Assembly (NCBI GenBank): GCA_903858685.1 | Contig: CAIOJR010000217.1 | Span: 2,707 to 66,706 of the forward strand | DNA length: 64,000 nt | Origin: an uncultured Caulobacterales bacterium | GTDB taxonomy: Bacteria > Pseudomonadota > Alphaproteobacteria > Caulobacterales > Caulobacteraceae | Reading direction: 5' to 3' | Shown: piece after piece, positions 27,869 through 37,111 of the stretch | Layout: every line of letters starts with the position of its first letter | Position numbering within the stretch: the stretch's first letter is position 1 | Notes under the pieces: generated by a model | What the model was told of the DNA's origin: nothing | Database searches by the model: none | The model's input: the letters and a program-made list of their open reading frames with translations, nothing else | Translations under genes and position numbers: made by a program

Positions 27869-28384
27869 CTAGCTGCGCCGAAGTTGCCTTTGGTCCCGGA
27901 TGGAGTCAGTCGCGGCATTCATTTCGTCGGTGAGTTTATCAACCCGACGCGTTAGCCCCTGCAAGGCGGACACCTTGATCATCAGGGTCTTTCTGGACAC
28001 ATTTTTTGTGTAATTCGTGTAGTCCACCGCCACGAGAACAAGCTCGCCATCCTGTTCCCGCAAAACGCCGGTCGCGACTGTCGTGCGTTTGTTCAACAAT
28101 TTCTCAGCTTTTTCGACCCGCTTCAGCACCTGCTTCATGAATGGCATGGCGGACGTCTTCGCAACGCTCTTGATCAGTTGCATCTTGCGCGGAAGATCAA
28201 TGGAATGGATCACCGTTTCATGATCGCCGTCGTCCATGTTCAGCACCACGGCGGCGAGCGAGGAGATGGCCAGATCAAGGTCCGCGCAATTGACGATGAA
28301 CATCCCCACGGACCTGAAGGTGTCGTCCAGGCCCATTTCGCTCGTCGTCGGTTCGTCTGGTAAGCTTGGCAAGGTCTTCCTCAT
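27869..28384 (-). CDS. Hypothetical protein (orphan)
   Basis: 171-aa ORF with natural-looking composition (KMQLIKSVAKTSAMPFMKQVLKRVEKAEKLLNKRT). I recognise no motif. It is somewhat AT-richer than the flanks. Confidence 0.45.
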   Translation of the reverse strand: MRKTLPSLPDEPTTSEMGLDDTFRSVGMFIVNCADLDLAISSLAAVVLNMDDGDHETVIHSIDLPRKMQLIKSVAKTSAMPFMKQVLKRVEKAEKLLNKRTTVATGVLREQDGELVLVAVDYTNYTKNVSRKTLMIKVSALQGLTRRVDKLTDEMNAATDSIRDQRQLRRS

Positions 28385-28527
28385 TACACGGCGGCGGACC
28401 TCGGCCTTTCAAGGCGCACAGACCCCCGATAGAGCGCCGTCGTTTGCGCTCTCCAATCGCTAAGCTGTTATACCCCGCCTGAACGCGGCTCAAGCACTGG
28501 CGCTTCGAAGCACGGACGATCAGGCTG

Positions 28528-29451
28528 TCATCTCATCTGGACCAGTCTGACCATGGCGGCGACGGTCATCATTTCCGCCATCTCCGGCAGGTGAACGAGA
28601 TATAGCCCGGCATGTCGTCTCACATCGGTGATCGGAATGCAGGCCAGACGGTCATCGCGGCCCGCCTCTGCGGAAAACACGACGCCCGCGCCCAGTCCAG
28701 CCGCCACGGCTTCGCGGACCCCTTCCCTTCCCTCGACCACCAGACGGTAGGTGGGACAGAGCCCTTGATCTTCGCAAGCCCGCTCGAACAGGGCGCGCGT
28801 CATGGATCCAGCTTCCCGCCCGATCAGCGGCAATTCAACGATGTCCCTGAGGTTCACCTGAGGGCGCGCCGCCAGCTTGTGACCCGCATCCGCCCACAAG
28901 GTCAGGGTCAGCGGCTCGATCAGGTAGGATGAAAGCTGAGCCGGCGGCGATGTCAGACCAACAATGGCGAGATCGACCCGCCCCTGCTCCACCTCATTCA
29001 ACAGCTTTCGCGTGTTGCCGCTGACCGTTTCAAAGCTGATTGCGGGATAGAGGCGGCTGAACTCGCCAAGCAGGCGCATGGCGCAGCGGGGCGCGCTGAA
29101 CCCCACTGACAGTCGACCTTTACCCAGATCGCGAAAGGCGTCGAGTTCCTGAAAAAGATCATCAAACCGGCTCAAGATCACTTTCAGGCGACCATGGAAC
29201 ACCTGTCCGACGTCCGTGAGCCTGAGGTTAGGCTTGCGATGAAGCAGCCTGGCCTCGCAAACCGCTTCCAGATTGGCGATCTGGAATGAGATTGTCGGCT
29301 GGGACACGCCCAATGCAAGAGCGGCCTTCGAAAAACTGCCATGCTCGACCACTGCGCAGAAGATGCGCAAGGCCTGCAGGCTCAGACTGGCCGATTTCGG
29401 CCTGTCAGACGATTCCGCAGGAAGTTCGACCGCAAGAAGCCTGTCATTCAA
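28528..29451 (-). CDS. LysR-family transcriptional regulator
   Basis: 307 aa with an N-terminal wHTH (LQALRIFCAVVEHGSFSKAALALGVSQPTISFQIANLE). It is divergent from the operon that starts at about 29547. Confidence 0.9.
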   Translation of the reverse strand: MNDRLLAVELPAESSDRPKSASLSLQALRIFCAVVEHGSFSKAALALGVSQPTISFQIANLEAVCEARLLHRKPNLRLTDVGQVFHGRLKVILSRFDDLFQELDAFRDLGKGRLSVGFSAPRCAMRLLGEFSRLYPAISFETVSGNTRKLLNEVEQGRVDLAIVGLTSPPAQLSSYLIEPLTLTLWADAGHKLAARPQVNLRDIVELPLIGREAGSMTRALFERACEDQGLCPTYRLVVEGREGVREAVAAGLGAGVVFSAEAGRDDRLACIPITDVRRHAGLYLVHLPEMAEMMTVAAMVRLVQMR

Positions 29452-29489
29452 AATTCATCACCCAAGGTTTGACCGGATCACGGATTTCA

Positions 29490-29504
29490 ATTTAATTTTT
29501 AAAT
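29490..29504. promoter_or_regulatory. Perfect palindrome ATTTAATTTTTAAAT (T-N11-A type LysR-box candidate)
   Basis: Arms are 6-3-6. It sits in the AT-rich divergent region between the LysR gene and the HD-oxygenase operon. Confidence 0.4.
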
Positions 29505-29546
29505 GACCTTATGATTTCTGATTTAAATTATAATTCGGAGTTGGCC

Positions 29547-30089
29547 GTGCGCGAAGTCGAAAAATGGAGCCCGATCGAGACCCTGGACCAACTGCTCTCC
29601 GATATGGAGGCCATGGCGAACGCACCTGGCGAGGAGCCGGGCCTGTCCGAACTCGATCACGGTCTGCAATGCGCCGAAGAACTTCGTCAAATGGCGCCCA
29701 ATGACATCGATCTGCAGCTCGCCGGGCTGTTGCACGACATCGCCCATAGTCGTTGTCCCATATCCCATCATGCACAGGTCGGCGCTGACGCGGTGCGACC
29801 ACTTCTGGGCGAACGAATTGCGCACCTGATCGGCCTGCATGCCGACGCCAAACGCTATCTGGTGACAACCACACCCGAATATCTGCTTCGCCTTTCCCCG
29901 ATCAGCCGCAAATCGTTTGAATTGCAGGGCGGGCTGATGTCACAAGCCGAGGTCGCCCGCTTCGCTGCCGATCCAGAAGCCGCCAACGCCCTATGGCTCA
30001 GAAGCGCCGACGACGCCGCCAAGGCGCCCGGCCGCATCGTCCCTGGCATGGACGCCTGGCTTGCCCCGCTTCGCGCCGCCGCCCAGTGA
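29547..30089 (+). CDS. HD-domain diiron oxygenase, PhnZ-like (phosphonate-degradation-associated HD protein)
   Basis: From ORF 29511..30089. I prefer GTG 29547, which has GGAG 6 nt upstream; the first 12 codons of the longer form are very AT-rich. The ligand pattern is LDHGLQ, LLHDIAH, SHHAQ, GLHAD and SADDA, that is H..HD..H..H..D as I recall for PhnZ, TmpB and MIOX. Confidence 0.65.
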   Translation: MREVEKWSPIETLDQLLSDMEAMANAPGEEPGLSELDHGLQCAEELRQMAPNDIDLQLAGLLHDIAHSRCPISHHAQVGADAVRPLLGERIAHLIGLHADAKRYLVTTTPEYLLRLSPISRKSFELQGGLMSQAEVARFAADPEAANALWLRSADDAAKAPGRIVPGMDAWLAPLRAAAQ

Positions 30090-31411
30090 GACGCCTCATT
30101 ACGCGTAAATTGCAGAGCCGTGGAAACCTGACCGTTGCAATATGGGCGTTGAGCTTCGCCTTCACCTCCTATTTCTGCATGTACGCCTTTCGCAAGCCGT
30201 TCACGGCCGGAACCTATCACGATGTGGCGGGCTGGACATCGGGGATGGACTTCAAGTCTGCCGCCGTGATCAGTCAGGTGCTGGGCTATGCGGTATCCAA
30301 ATATCTGGGCGTGAAATTCGTCTCGGAAGCCAAAGAAAAGGGGCGGACGAGCCTCATTCTGGGACTGATCCTGTTTGCTGAGGCGGCGCTCGTCCTGTTC
30401 GCGGTCGCGCCTGCGCCGGTCAAGCTTGTCGCCATATTCCTCAACGGCCTGCCGCTGGGCATGATTTTCGGGCTCGTCTTCCGCTACCTCGAAGGGCGAC
30501 GCACCAGCGAGTTTCTTGGCGCAGGCCTTTGCACCAGCTTCATCGTGTCGTCGGGCTTTGTGAAGTCGATTGGACGATCGCTGATGGATCAATTTGGCGT
30601 CACGGAATTCTGGATGCCCGCCGCCACCGGACTGGTGTTCCTGCCGGTCATCGCTCTGGCCGTCTGGCTGTTGTCGATGACGCCGGCGCCCGATGATCTG
30701 GATATCGTTGAGAGAGCAGTCCGACAGCCCATGGACGCGCAGGCTCGCGCCCACTTCTTCAGACAATACGCCCCGGGCCTGGCGCTTCTGGGACTGTCGT
30801 TCATAGCCCTGGGCGCGCTTCGGGACTTTCGGGACAATTTTGCCGCAGACATCTGGAAGGCGCTTGGATACGGCAACGCGCCAGAACTCTTCACCCTGGC
30901 GGAGCTCCCAGCTGCGGCGCTGGTGCTTGTGTCGCTCAGCCTCATGATCCTGGTGCATGATAATCGCCGGGCCGTTTGGAGGATCCACCTTCTGATGGCG
31001 AGCGGCGTCCTTCTGGCGCTTGGCGCCACGATCGGCTTTCAACTGCACATTCTGAGCCCTGTCGCCTGGATGGTCATCATGGGCGCCGGTGTTTATCTGG
31101 GCTATGTGCCCTGCACCTCGATCCTGGCCGACCGCCTGATCGCAGCTTTGAAATCAGGCGGCAATTCCGGCTTCATGATGTATGTCCTGGACGCTTTCGC
31201 CTATGGGGGCAGCGTGGGCGTGTTGCTGGTGCGCTCCCTGGCGACGGCGGATCTGTCCTGGCTGCACTTCTTCATAGGCTTTGCCTATGTGGCGCTCGCC
31301 ATCGCCCTTTTGGCCACCCTGGCTTCGATGATCTATTTCGACAAAAGCGCCAGGCTGGACGCGACAGCCTCTTCAGCCCTGATACAGATGGACGAGGTCG
31401 TGGATGCTTAA
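30086..31411 (+). CDS. Multi-pass membrane protein, probable transporter (resembles the DUF5690 family from memory)
   Basis: In frame with ORF 29993..31411. The GTG at 30086 overlaps the upstream stop as GTGA. About 12 hydrophobic segments are visible, and the N-terminal motif is YFCMYAFRKPFTAG. Confidence 0.6.
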   Translation: MRRLITRKLQSRGNLTVAIWALSFAFTSYFCMYAFRKPFTAGTYHDVAGWTSGMDFKSAAVISQVLGYAVSKYLGVKFVSEAKEKGRTSLILGLILFAEAALVLFAVAPAPVKLVAIFLNGLPLGMIFGLVFRYLEGRRTSEFLGAGLCTSFIVSSGFVKSIGRSLMDQFGVTEFWMPAATGLVFLPVIALAVWLLSMTPAPDDLDIVERAVRQPMDAQARAHFFRQYAPGLALLGLSFIALGALRDFRDNFAADIWKALGYGNAPELFTLAELPAAALVLVSLSLMILVHDNRRAVWRIHLLMASGVLLALGATIGFQLHILSPVAWMVIMGAGVYLGYVPCTSILADRLIAALKSGGNSGFMMYVLDAFAYGGSVGVLLVRSLATADLSWLHFFIGFAYVALAIALLATLASMIYFDKSARLDATASSALIQMDEVVDA

Positions 31412-32732
31412 GCGCGCTTGCCTTATCCTGAGCACCCTGTTCAGCATCGGATCAATTGCAAACGCTGACCCGATCCTGTTGATCTCCGTGGACGGAATGC
31501 GTCCGGCGGACGTGCTTCAATCCGAAGCGCTAGGCGTCAGCCTGCCCTTTCTGCAATCGGTCATGCGAGACGGCGCCTATGCTTCCGATGTTGTCAATGT
31601 CGCGCCGAGCATCACCTTGCCCAATCATGCGACCCTGCTGACCGGCGCAACGCCGGCTCACCACGGAATCGTCGACAACCTCTATTTCGATCCGCTCAAA
31701 TCGCGCCCGGGTCGCTACTATTTCTTCGCCTCTGACATCAAGCTTCCCACCCTTTGGGACGCGGCGCACCAGTGCGGCGCCAAGGTCGCCAGCCTGAACT
31801 GGCCCGCCAGTGTCGGCGCCCCCTCGATTGATGATAATATTCCCGAATATTTTCGTGACCGTGACGCCGACGACCTCAAAATGGTCAAGGCCCTGTCAAC
31901 GCCTGGACTGATGGCGCGCCTTGAGAAAAGAACCGGCGCTTCCGCCGCCCTGGTCACCACCGAATCCGCCCCAGGCGACGCCGCCCTCAGCCAATATGCA
32001 GCGGCGCTCTTCACACTGGACCACCCGCGCTTCATGACGCTGCATTTTGCGAGCCTTGACCTTGCGGAGCACCTGTCTGGCCCGGACTCGCCCGCGTCAC
32101 GGGTCGCCCTGGAAGGCATAGACAGGGATATCGCACGGGTCGTCGCCGCGGGGCGCGCCGTCTGGCCCGATTTGAAAGTCATTGTCGTGTCCGACCACGG
32201 CTTCGCGCCGCTTCGTCACGAGATCAACCTCTATCGTCGCTTCGCAGAGGCCGGCCTCCTGACCTATGACCCCAGCGGCCAGCATCTGACATCATGGGAG
32301 GCGGTTCCGACCGGTGCGGCCTCTGCTTTTGTCCGCCTCGCCCGACCGGATGACACAGCTTTGCAACATCGGGTGATCGAGCTGCTCAGTGCCCTCAAGG
32401 CTGATCCGGCGTATCGCATCCATCGCGTGCTGGACCGGTCGGCCATGGACCGTCTGGGGGTCGATCCGGCTGCGTCCTTCCTGATCGACTTTGATGAGGG
32501 CAGCGAACTGGCTCAGCGTGTTGATGGCCCAATAGACGCACCGAGCGCCCTGAAGGGCACGCATGGATGGCTTCCAGACGACGCAAACATGCATTCCAGC
32601 CTGTTTATTGTTGGTCCCGGCGTCCCGAAGGGAACACGTCTTGGTCAGGTGAACATGCTGGACATCGCCCCGACGATCGCCAAATGGATTGGCTGTCCGC
32701 TGTCCGGCGCTGAGGGAAAGCCGCTTTTTTGA
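31404..32732 (+). CDS. Secreted nucleotide pyrophosphatase/phosphodiesterase (NPP, alkaline-phosphatase superfamily)
   Basis: 442 aa with signal peptide MLKRACLILSTLFSIGSIANA. NPP motifs are ISVDGMRPAD, PSITLPNHATLLTG (Thr nucleophile context), VVSDHGF and GTHGW. The ATG overlaps the upstream gene by 8 nt. Confidence 0.8.
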   Translation: MLKRACLILSTLFSIGSIANADPILLISVDGMRPADVLQSEALGVSLPFLQSVMRDGAYASDVVNVAPSITLPNHATLLTGATPAHHGIVDNLYFDPLKSRPGRYYFFASDIKLPTLWDAAHQCGAKVASLNWPASVGAPSIDDNIPEYFRDRDADDLKMVKALSTPGLMARLEKRTGASAALVTTESAPGDAALSQYAAALFTLDHPRFMTLHFASLDLAEHLSGPDSPASRVALEGIDRDIARVVAAGRAVWPDLKVIVVSDHGFAPLRHEINLYRRFAEAGLLTYDPSGQHLTSWEAVPTGAASAFVRLARPDDTALQHRVIELLSALKADPAYRIHRVLDRSAMDRLGVDPAASFLIDFDEGSELAQRVDGPIDAPSALKGTHGWLPDDANMHSSLFIVGPGVPKGTRLGQVNMLDIAPTIAKWIGCPLSGAEGKPLF

Positions 32733-34123
32733 CCGGGACGCCAACAATGTCAGGCAGGACAGCCGACAGGCGCCCCGATCTGGTCGCGCGGATCGAGGGC
32801 GGCGCGCGCAACTGGCCCTTTGGATCGCCAGCTGAGGACCTGGAAGCGCGGGGCTATGTCCTCGAAGAATTTACGGTAGCAGGCCGCGCACGTCGTTACG
32901 TGGCGGGTGAAGACCATCCCGCTGATACGATGCGCATTGACGACGCAGTCTACCGAACGCGCATCTATGTGCTAACGCCAAGGCGGCCGGATGACTTCAA
33001 TGGCGTTTTGATCGTCAACTGGCAAAACGTGTCACGCCACCTGGACGTCGGCAGTCCGGACGGCGACGAGGTCTACAGGGGCTATGCCTGGGTTGGCGTT
33101 ACGGTGCAAAAGCTTGGCATAGATGGCGCGCCAGGGACCAGCCCGTCTCTGGCGACATGGGATTCGCATCGCTATGAAAGCCTGCATCATCCGGGCGACG
33201 CCTATGCCTATGACATATTCGGCCAGGTGGCGCGGATGCTCCGGAGCGAACCCGATCGCCAGGCGCCGGATCCACTGCGCGGCCTGAAGCCGCAATGCAT
33301 CGTGGCGTGCGGACGGTCGCAGTCGGCCATGCGACTGGCGTCCTATATCAATTTCGCTCATCAGCACGACCGGATCTTCGACGGATTTTTGCTGCTGGTT
33401 CACTTCGGCCTGTGCCCGCCTCTATCGGAGAGGCCCTTCCTCGATATTTTCACGTCGGATCAGGCCGGGCGACTGCCATTCCAGACACCCTTGCGCGAAC
33501 CCGAAGGGGCCAAGGTCCTGGCCCTGTCCACCGAGTGCGAAGCCGTGTACAATTTTGGCGCTCGCCAGCCCGATAGCGACGCCTACCGCTTCTGGGAAAT
33601 CGCCGGCGCCTCGCACTCCAATCCGCACCGCGATCGCAGCCTCAGCCTCATTTTTCAAAGGGACGGGATCTCCAGCCAAAACAGCGACACCGACCGTGAC
33701 GCGAACCTTGTGGAATATCAGTTCGTCAAGGACGCCGCGCTGCGATGGCTGAAACGATGGATGATGACCGGCGAAGCGCCGCCTCGCCTTCCCCCGATCG
33801 ACATGTATCCAGGCCCCAACGGACAACCCGCCATCCGGCGAGACGCGCTTGGCAATGCGCTGGGCGGGGTGAGATTGCCTGATCTTGACGCCGCGACAGG
33901 CCAGCACCTGGGGCGGAGCGCGGGCGAACTGCTTGAATCACTGTCCGGGTGGAGCTCACTTTACTCAAGGCGAAAACTTCAGGAGACGCATGGCGCCTGG
34001 ACAGCCTTTCAGCGCAAGTGGAACACCTGTGTAGACCAGTTGCTGCAACAAGACCTCATTCTGCCGCGCGAAGCCGAAACCTTGCGAGACGACGCGCTCA
34101 GGCGATGGAATTCCGCTTCCTGA
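32729..34123 (+). CDS. Uncharacterised protein, possibly alpha/beta-hydrolase-domain family
   Basis: 464-aa ORF. The TTG at 32729 overlaps the NPP stop; ATG 32747 is the alternative. CGRSQSAMRL looks like a nucleophile-elbow segment. I have no firm family assignment. Confidence 0.5.
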   Translation: MTGTPTMSGRTADRRPDLVARIEGGARNWPFGSPAEDLEARGYVLEEFTVAGRARRYVAGEDHPADTMRIDDAVYRTRIYVLTPRRPDDFNGVLIVNWQNVSRHLDVGSPDGDEVYRGYAWVGVTVQKLGIDGAPGTSPSLATWDSHRYESLHHPGDAYAYDIFGQVARMLRSEPDRQAPDPLRGLKPQCIVACGRSQSAMRLASYINFAHQHDRIFDGFLLLVHFGLCPPLSERPFLDIFTSDQAGRLPFQTPLREPEGAKVLALSTECEAVYNFGARQPDSDAYRFWEIAGASHSNPHRDRSLSLIFQRDGISSQNSDTDRDANLVEYQFVKDAALRWLKRWMMTGEAPPRLPPIDMYPGPNGQPAIRRDALGNALGGVRLPDLDAATGQHLGRSAGELLESLSGWSSLYSRRKLQETHGAWTAFQRKWNTCVDQLLQQDLILPREAETLRDDALRRWNSAS

Positions 34124-34133
34124 CATAGACCGA

Positions 34134-34166
34134 TGGCGCGATTACTCGTGATGAGCCATCGCGCCA
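34134..34166. terminator. Hairpin between convergent genes
   Basis: The sequence tggcgcgat-15 nt-atcgcgcca gives a perfect 9-bp stem, between the stop at 34123 (+) and the stop at 34201 (-). Confidence 0.35.
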
Positions 34167-34200
34167 CATCCCGAACGGCCAGATCCATGCGGGCGGCGCT

Positions 34201-35139
34201 TCAGTAGATCGACGGAACAAACAGCTCTTCCGGCGTGGGGTGGCGCACATAGTCCGGATTATGCACGCGCGCCGGAAGCATCACAAAAGGTCGCTCTATT
34301 TCCTCGTACGGAAACTGGCCGAGAAGGTGATGAATGCAGTTCAGGCGCGCGCGCTTCTTGTCCACCGCCTCGACAACCCACCACCGCGCTTCTGGAATAT
34401 GCGTGCGGTTGAGCATCTCTTCCTTGGCCTGAGTATAGAGTTCCCAACGACGTCGGGACTCCAGGTCCATCGGGCTCAACTTCCATTGCTTGATAGGATC
34501 GGTGTTTCGCATATGGAAGCGAAGGTGTTGCTCGTCATCTGTGATTGAAAACCAGTATTTTATGATCCTGATCCCGGACTTGACCAACATGCGTTCGAAT
34601 TCCGGGACGGTTTCGAAAAACTCCTGAACTTCGTCATCGGTGCAAAAGCCCATTACCCGCTCTACGCCGGCCCGATTATACCAACTGCGATCGAACAGGA
34701 CGATTTCCCCCGCCCCGGGGAGGTGGGGCACATAGCGCTGGAAATACCACTGGGTCCGCTCTTTCTCGGAGGGCGCAGTCAGGGCGACGACGCGGCAGAC
34801 GCGCGGATTGAGCCTTTGAGTGATGCGCTTTATGACGCCGCCCTTGCCGGCAGCGTCCCGGCCCTCAAAAATCACGACAACCTTGAGCTTCTCCTGCACG
34901 ACCCAGTCCTGCAGCTTGACCAGCTCCGCTTGAAGTCGAAAGAGTTCCTTCAGATAGACCCGACGATTAAACACCCCGCCCGGGCCGGTATCGTCGGACA
35001 GGAAGTCTAATGCCCTGCTGAATGAATCGTCGCCATCATCATTCAGTTCAAGTTCAAGAACCTCGTCAAAATCATCAACACGCTCTGCGGTGATCCGGTC
35101 TCGAGAAATCTGGCTGTCGGGCTCGTTGGTCATTTCCAC
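34201..35139 (-). CDS. ppk2: Polyphosphate kinase 2
   Basis: 312 aa with a Walker A context (VVIFEGRDAAGKGG). The signatures RYVPHLPGAGEIVLFDRSWYNR and KQWKLSPMD are typical of PPK2. Confidence 0.9.
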   Translation of the reverse strand: MEMTNEPDSQISRDRITAERVDDFDEVLELELNDDGDDSFSRALDFLSDDTGPGGVFNRRVYLKELFRLQAELVKLQDWVVQEKLKVVVIFEGRDAAGKGGVIKRITQRLNPRVCRVVALTAPSEKERTQWYFQRYVPHLPGAGEIVLFDRSWYNRAGVERVMGFCTDDEVQEFFETVPEFERMLVKSGIRIIKYWFSITDDEQHLRFHMRNTDPIKQWKLSPMDLESRRRWELYTQAKEEMLNRTHIPEARWWVVEAVDKKRARLNCIHHLLGQFPYEEIERPFVMLPARVHNPDYVRHPTPEELFVPSIY

Positions 35140-35384
35140 ACCTGCTCGCGAGTGCGGGCTTTGCGACTTCAGTCCGCATGAACACCTGAAATCATTTCAG
35201 CCGAACCTGACGCATTTGCGACAGTTTATTGAATTGTTTGCGCAGCCCGAACCCGACATCGCGACCTCGGGCGCCGCTCTACCGATGCCTCGCCGCAACA
35301 CCTTCCCAAATGATTGATTTCTCCTGTAGCACTCTGCCCCGTGGCCGCCTAACATCGGCACAGCCCGATGGATGAGGCCGAACC

Positions 35385-35594
35385 ATGACGACGCTATACG
35401 AGATTGAGTTCGCCGATCAGCGGACAGTGGTTGATCGAGCGGTTATTGCGGCCAGCAGCCGGACATTCGCAGACAGTGAAGCCGCATCATTGCTGGGGAC
35501 CATGAACGCCCTCTACGGCGCCACCTGCTTCCGGGTCAAAGAATACGCCGCGGAATCCAGCCCGTCCCGCGCGGAAGATTCAACCCGGCACTGA
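35385..35594 (+). CDS. Small hypothetical protein
   Basis: 69-aa ORF with an ATG start and plausible composition. It overlaps no other good ORF. I recognise no family. Confidence 0.3.
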   Translation: MTTLYEIEFADQRTVVDRAVIAASSRTFADSEAASLLGTMNALYGATCFRVKEYAAESSPSRAEDSTRH

Positions 35595-35698
35595 CGATCC
35601 ACTGGCGAGGCGGCGCTGATTCACGGACAGGGGTTTTCCTGTTCTTAAGCAACCGTGCCCATTCCCCTTATTGAAGTGGACTGCCGGATCTGAAGAAC

Positions 35699-37000
35699 TC
35701 ACGCTTTGTCTGCCGGATCGAAAGCTCGCTGCATGAGCCGCGCAGAGACCAGATGTGCGACCAGCGCGACCAAAGCGACAGGCGCAAGCGCTGCGAGTCC
35801 AAACCTCAGGGCCGTCGTCCCATAAACCGGTTTGAAATGATCGGCGATGAGGCCGACATAGAGCGGGCCGCCGCCATAGCCGATGATCCCCATAAGGAAC
35901 AGAAGAATAGATCCCGCCATCCCGCGCTGCCCCGCAGGTACGGCGTTCTGGACCACGGCCAGCGCCGGAGCCTGGAAGACCGCGTTCAGGGCGATCGGCA
36001 CACTCATGAACATCAAGGCTATCTGCCAGCTGGGCGCCCACAGATATGCAAGAAGAAACGGGGCGTTGATGGCAAGGGCGGCGGCCGGAACCAGCGCATA
36101 GGCTGCGGGGCTGAACCGGCTCAGCCGGTCAGACAACCACCCCCCGGCAAACATCCCGATCCCGCCCGCAACAGCCTGAGTGACGCTGTAGAAGGTGGCG
36201 ATCTGCGTCAGCTTCATGCCGCGGTTACTGATGAGGTAAGCGACCGCATTCATTGCAAATCCCTGCGAGACAAACACGGCGAGGCCAGCGGCCACGCCCG
36301 TCATGACGAGCACGGGATTGCTGAAATAGGCGATCAGTGATTGCACCAATGGCCGGCTGGGAGAGATCGCCGCCTGGCCATCCCCATGCGCATCGAGCCT
36401 GCCGCGCCGAGGCTCGCGGATCACCACAAGCACAATCAGCGCAAGCAGGACGCCGGGCAGGCCGACCAACAGGAATGCCGCCCGCCAGCCATAGACTGCC
36501 GCAATCCCTGCACCCGCCGCGGCCGCCAGCGCGCTGCCGACCGGGGCGCCCATCGAATAGATGGCGATTGCGGTTCCGCGCTGTCGGGCCGGGAAATAAT
36601 CCGAAAGAAGCGACAGCGACGCCGGTCCCCCGCCAGCCTCGCCGACGCCCACGCCTATCCGGGCCAGGGCAAGCAGCGCAAAGCTCGACGCCAGGCCGCA
36701 ACCCATGGAAAAGAGGCTCCAAATAGATAGTGCAGCAGCGATCATCCTGACCCGGTTCGTCCGGTCGGCCAGCCACGCGATGGGAATCCCGAAGGTTGTA
36801 TAGAACAGGGCGAAGGTCAGCCCCGTCAATAACCCAATCTGCGTGTAGCTTAGGTTCAGCTCCCGTCGGATCGGCTCGGACAGGTTCGCCAACAGGTTTC
36901 GGTCGAGAAAGTTGAACGTATAGACCACCGCCAGCAGAACAACGACGACAAGGTTGTAACGCCTGGACAGCGGCTTGGCGCCTTGAGATTCGTCGCTCAT
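35699..37000 (-). CDS. MFS transporter (Spinster-like subgroup)
   Basis: From ORF 35699..37075, with the start at the internal ATG (MSDESQGAKPLSRRYNLVVVVLLAVVYTFNFLDRNLL). About 12 TM segments are visible. Confidence 0.85.
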   Translation of the reverse strand: MSDESQGAKPLSRRYNLVVVVLLAVVYTFNFLDRNLLANLSEPIRRELNLSYTQIGLLTGLTFALFYTTFGIPIAWLADRTNRVRMIAAALSIWSLFSMGCGLASSFALLALARIGVGVGEAGGGPASLSLLSDYFPARQRGTAIAIYSMGAPVGSALAAAAGAGIAAVYGWRAAFLLVGLPGVLLALIVLVVIREPRRGRLDAHGDGQAAISPSRPLVQSLIAYFSNPVLVMTGVAAGLAVFVSQGFAMNAVAYLISNRGMKLTQIATFYSVTQAVAGGIGMFAGGWLSDRLSRFSPAAYALVPAAALAINAPFLLAYLWAPSWQIALMFMSVPIALNAVFQAPALAVVQNAVPAGQRGMAGSILLFLMGIIGYGGGPLYVGLIADHFKPVYGTTALRFGLAALAPVALVALVAHLVSARLMQRAFDPADKA

Positions 37001-37111
37001 CAATCCCCCGCAGATCTTTGGCGCTCGGAAGAGGCTCGGCGAGGTTAGGATGAGGTTTTCGTGAAGGCTAGACAAATACCCATGACATGCGTTCCACTTG
37101 GCGACGGGCCT

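Noticed and set aside
29855-31048. 397-aa minus-strand ORF
   Set aside because: It is antisense to the 12-TM membrane protein gene. The translation is a run of Arg/His/Gln/Glu with no hydrophobic core. The plus-strand gene is supported by translational coupling on both sides.
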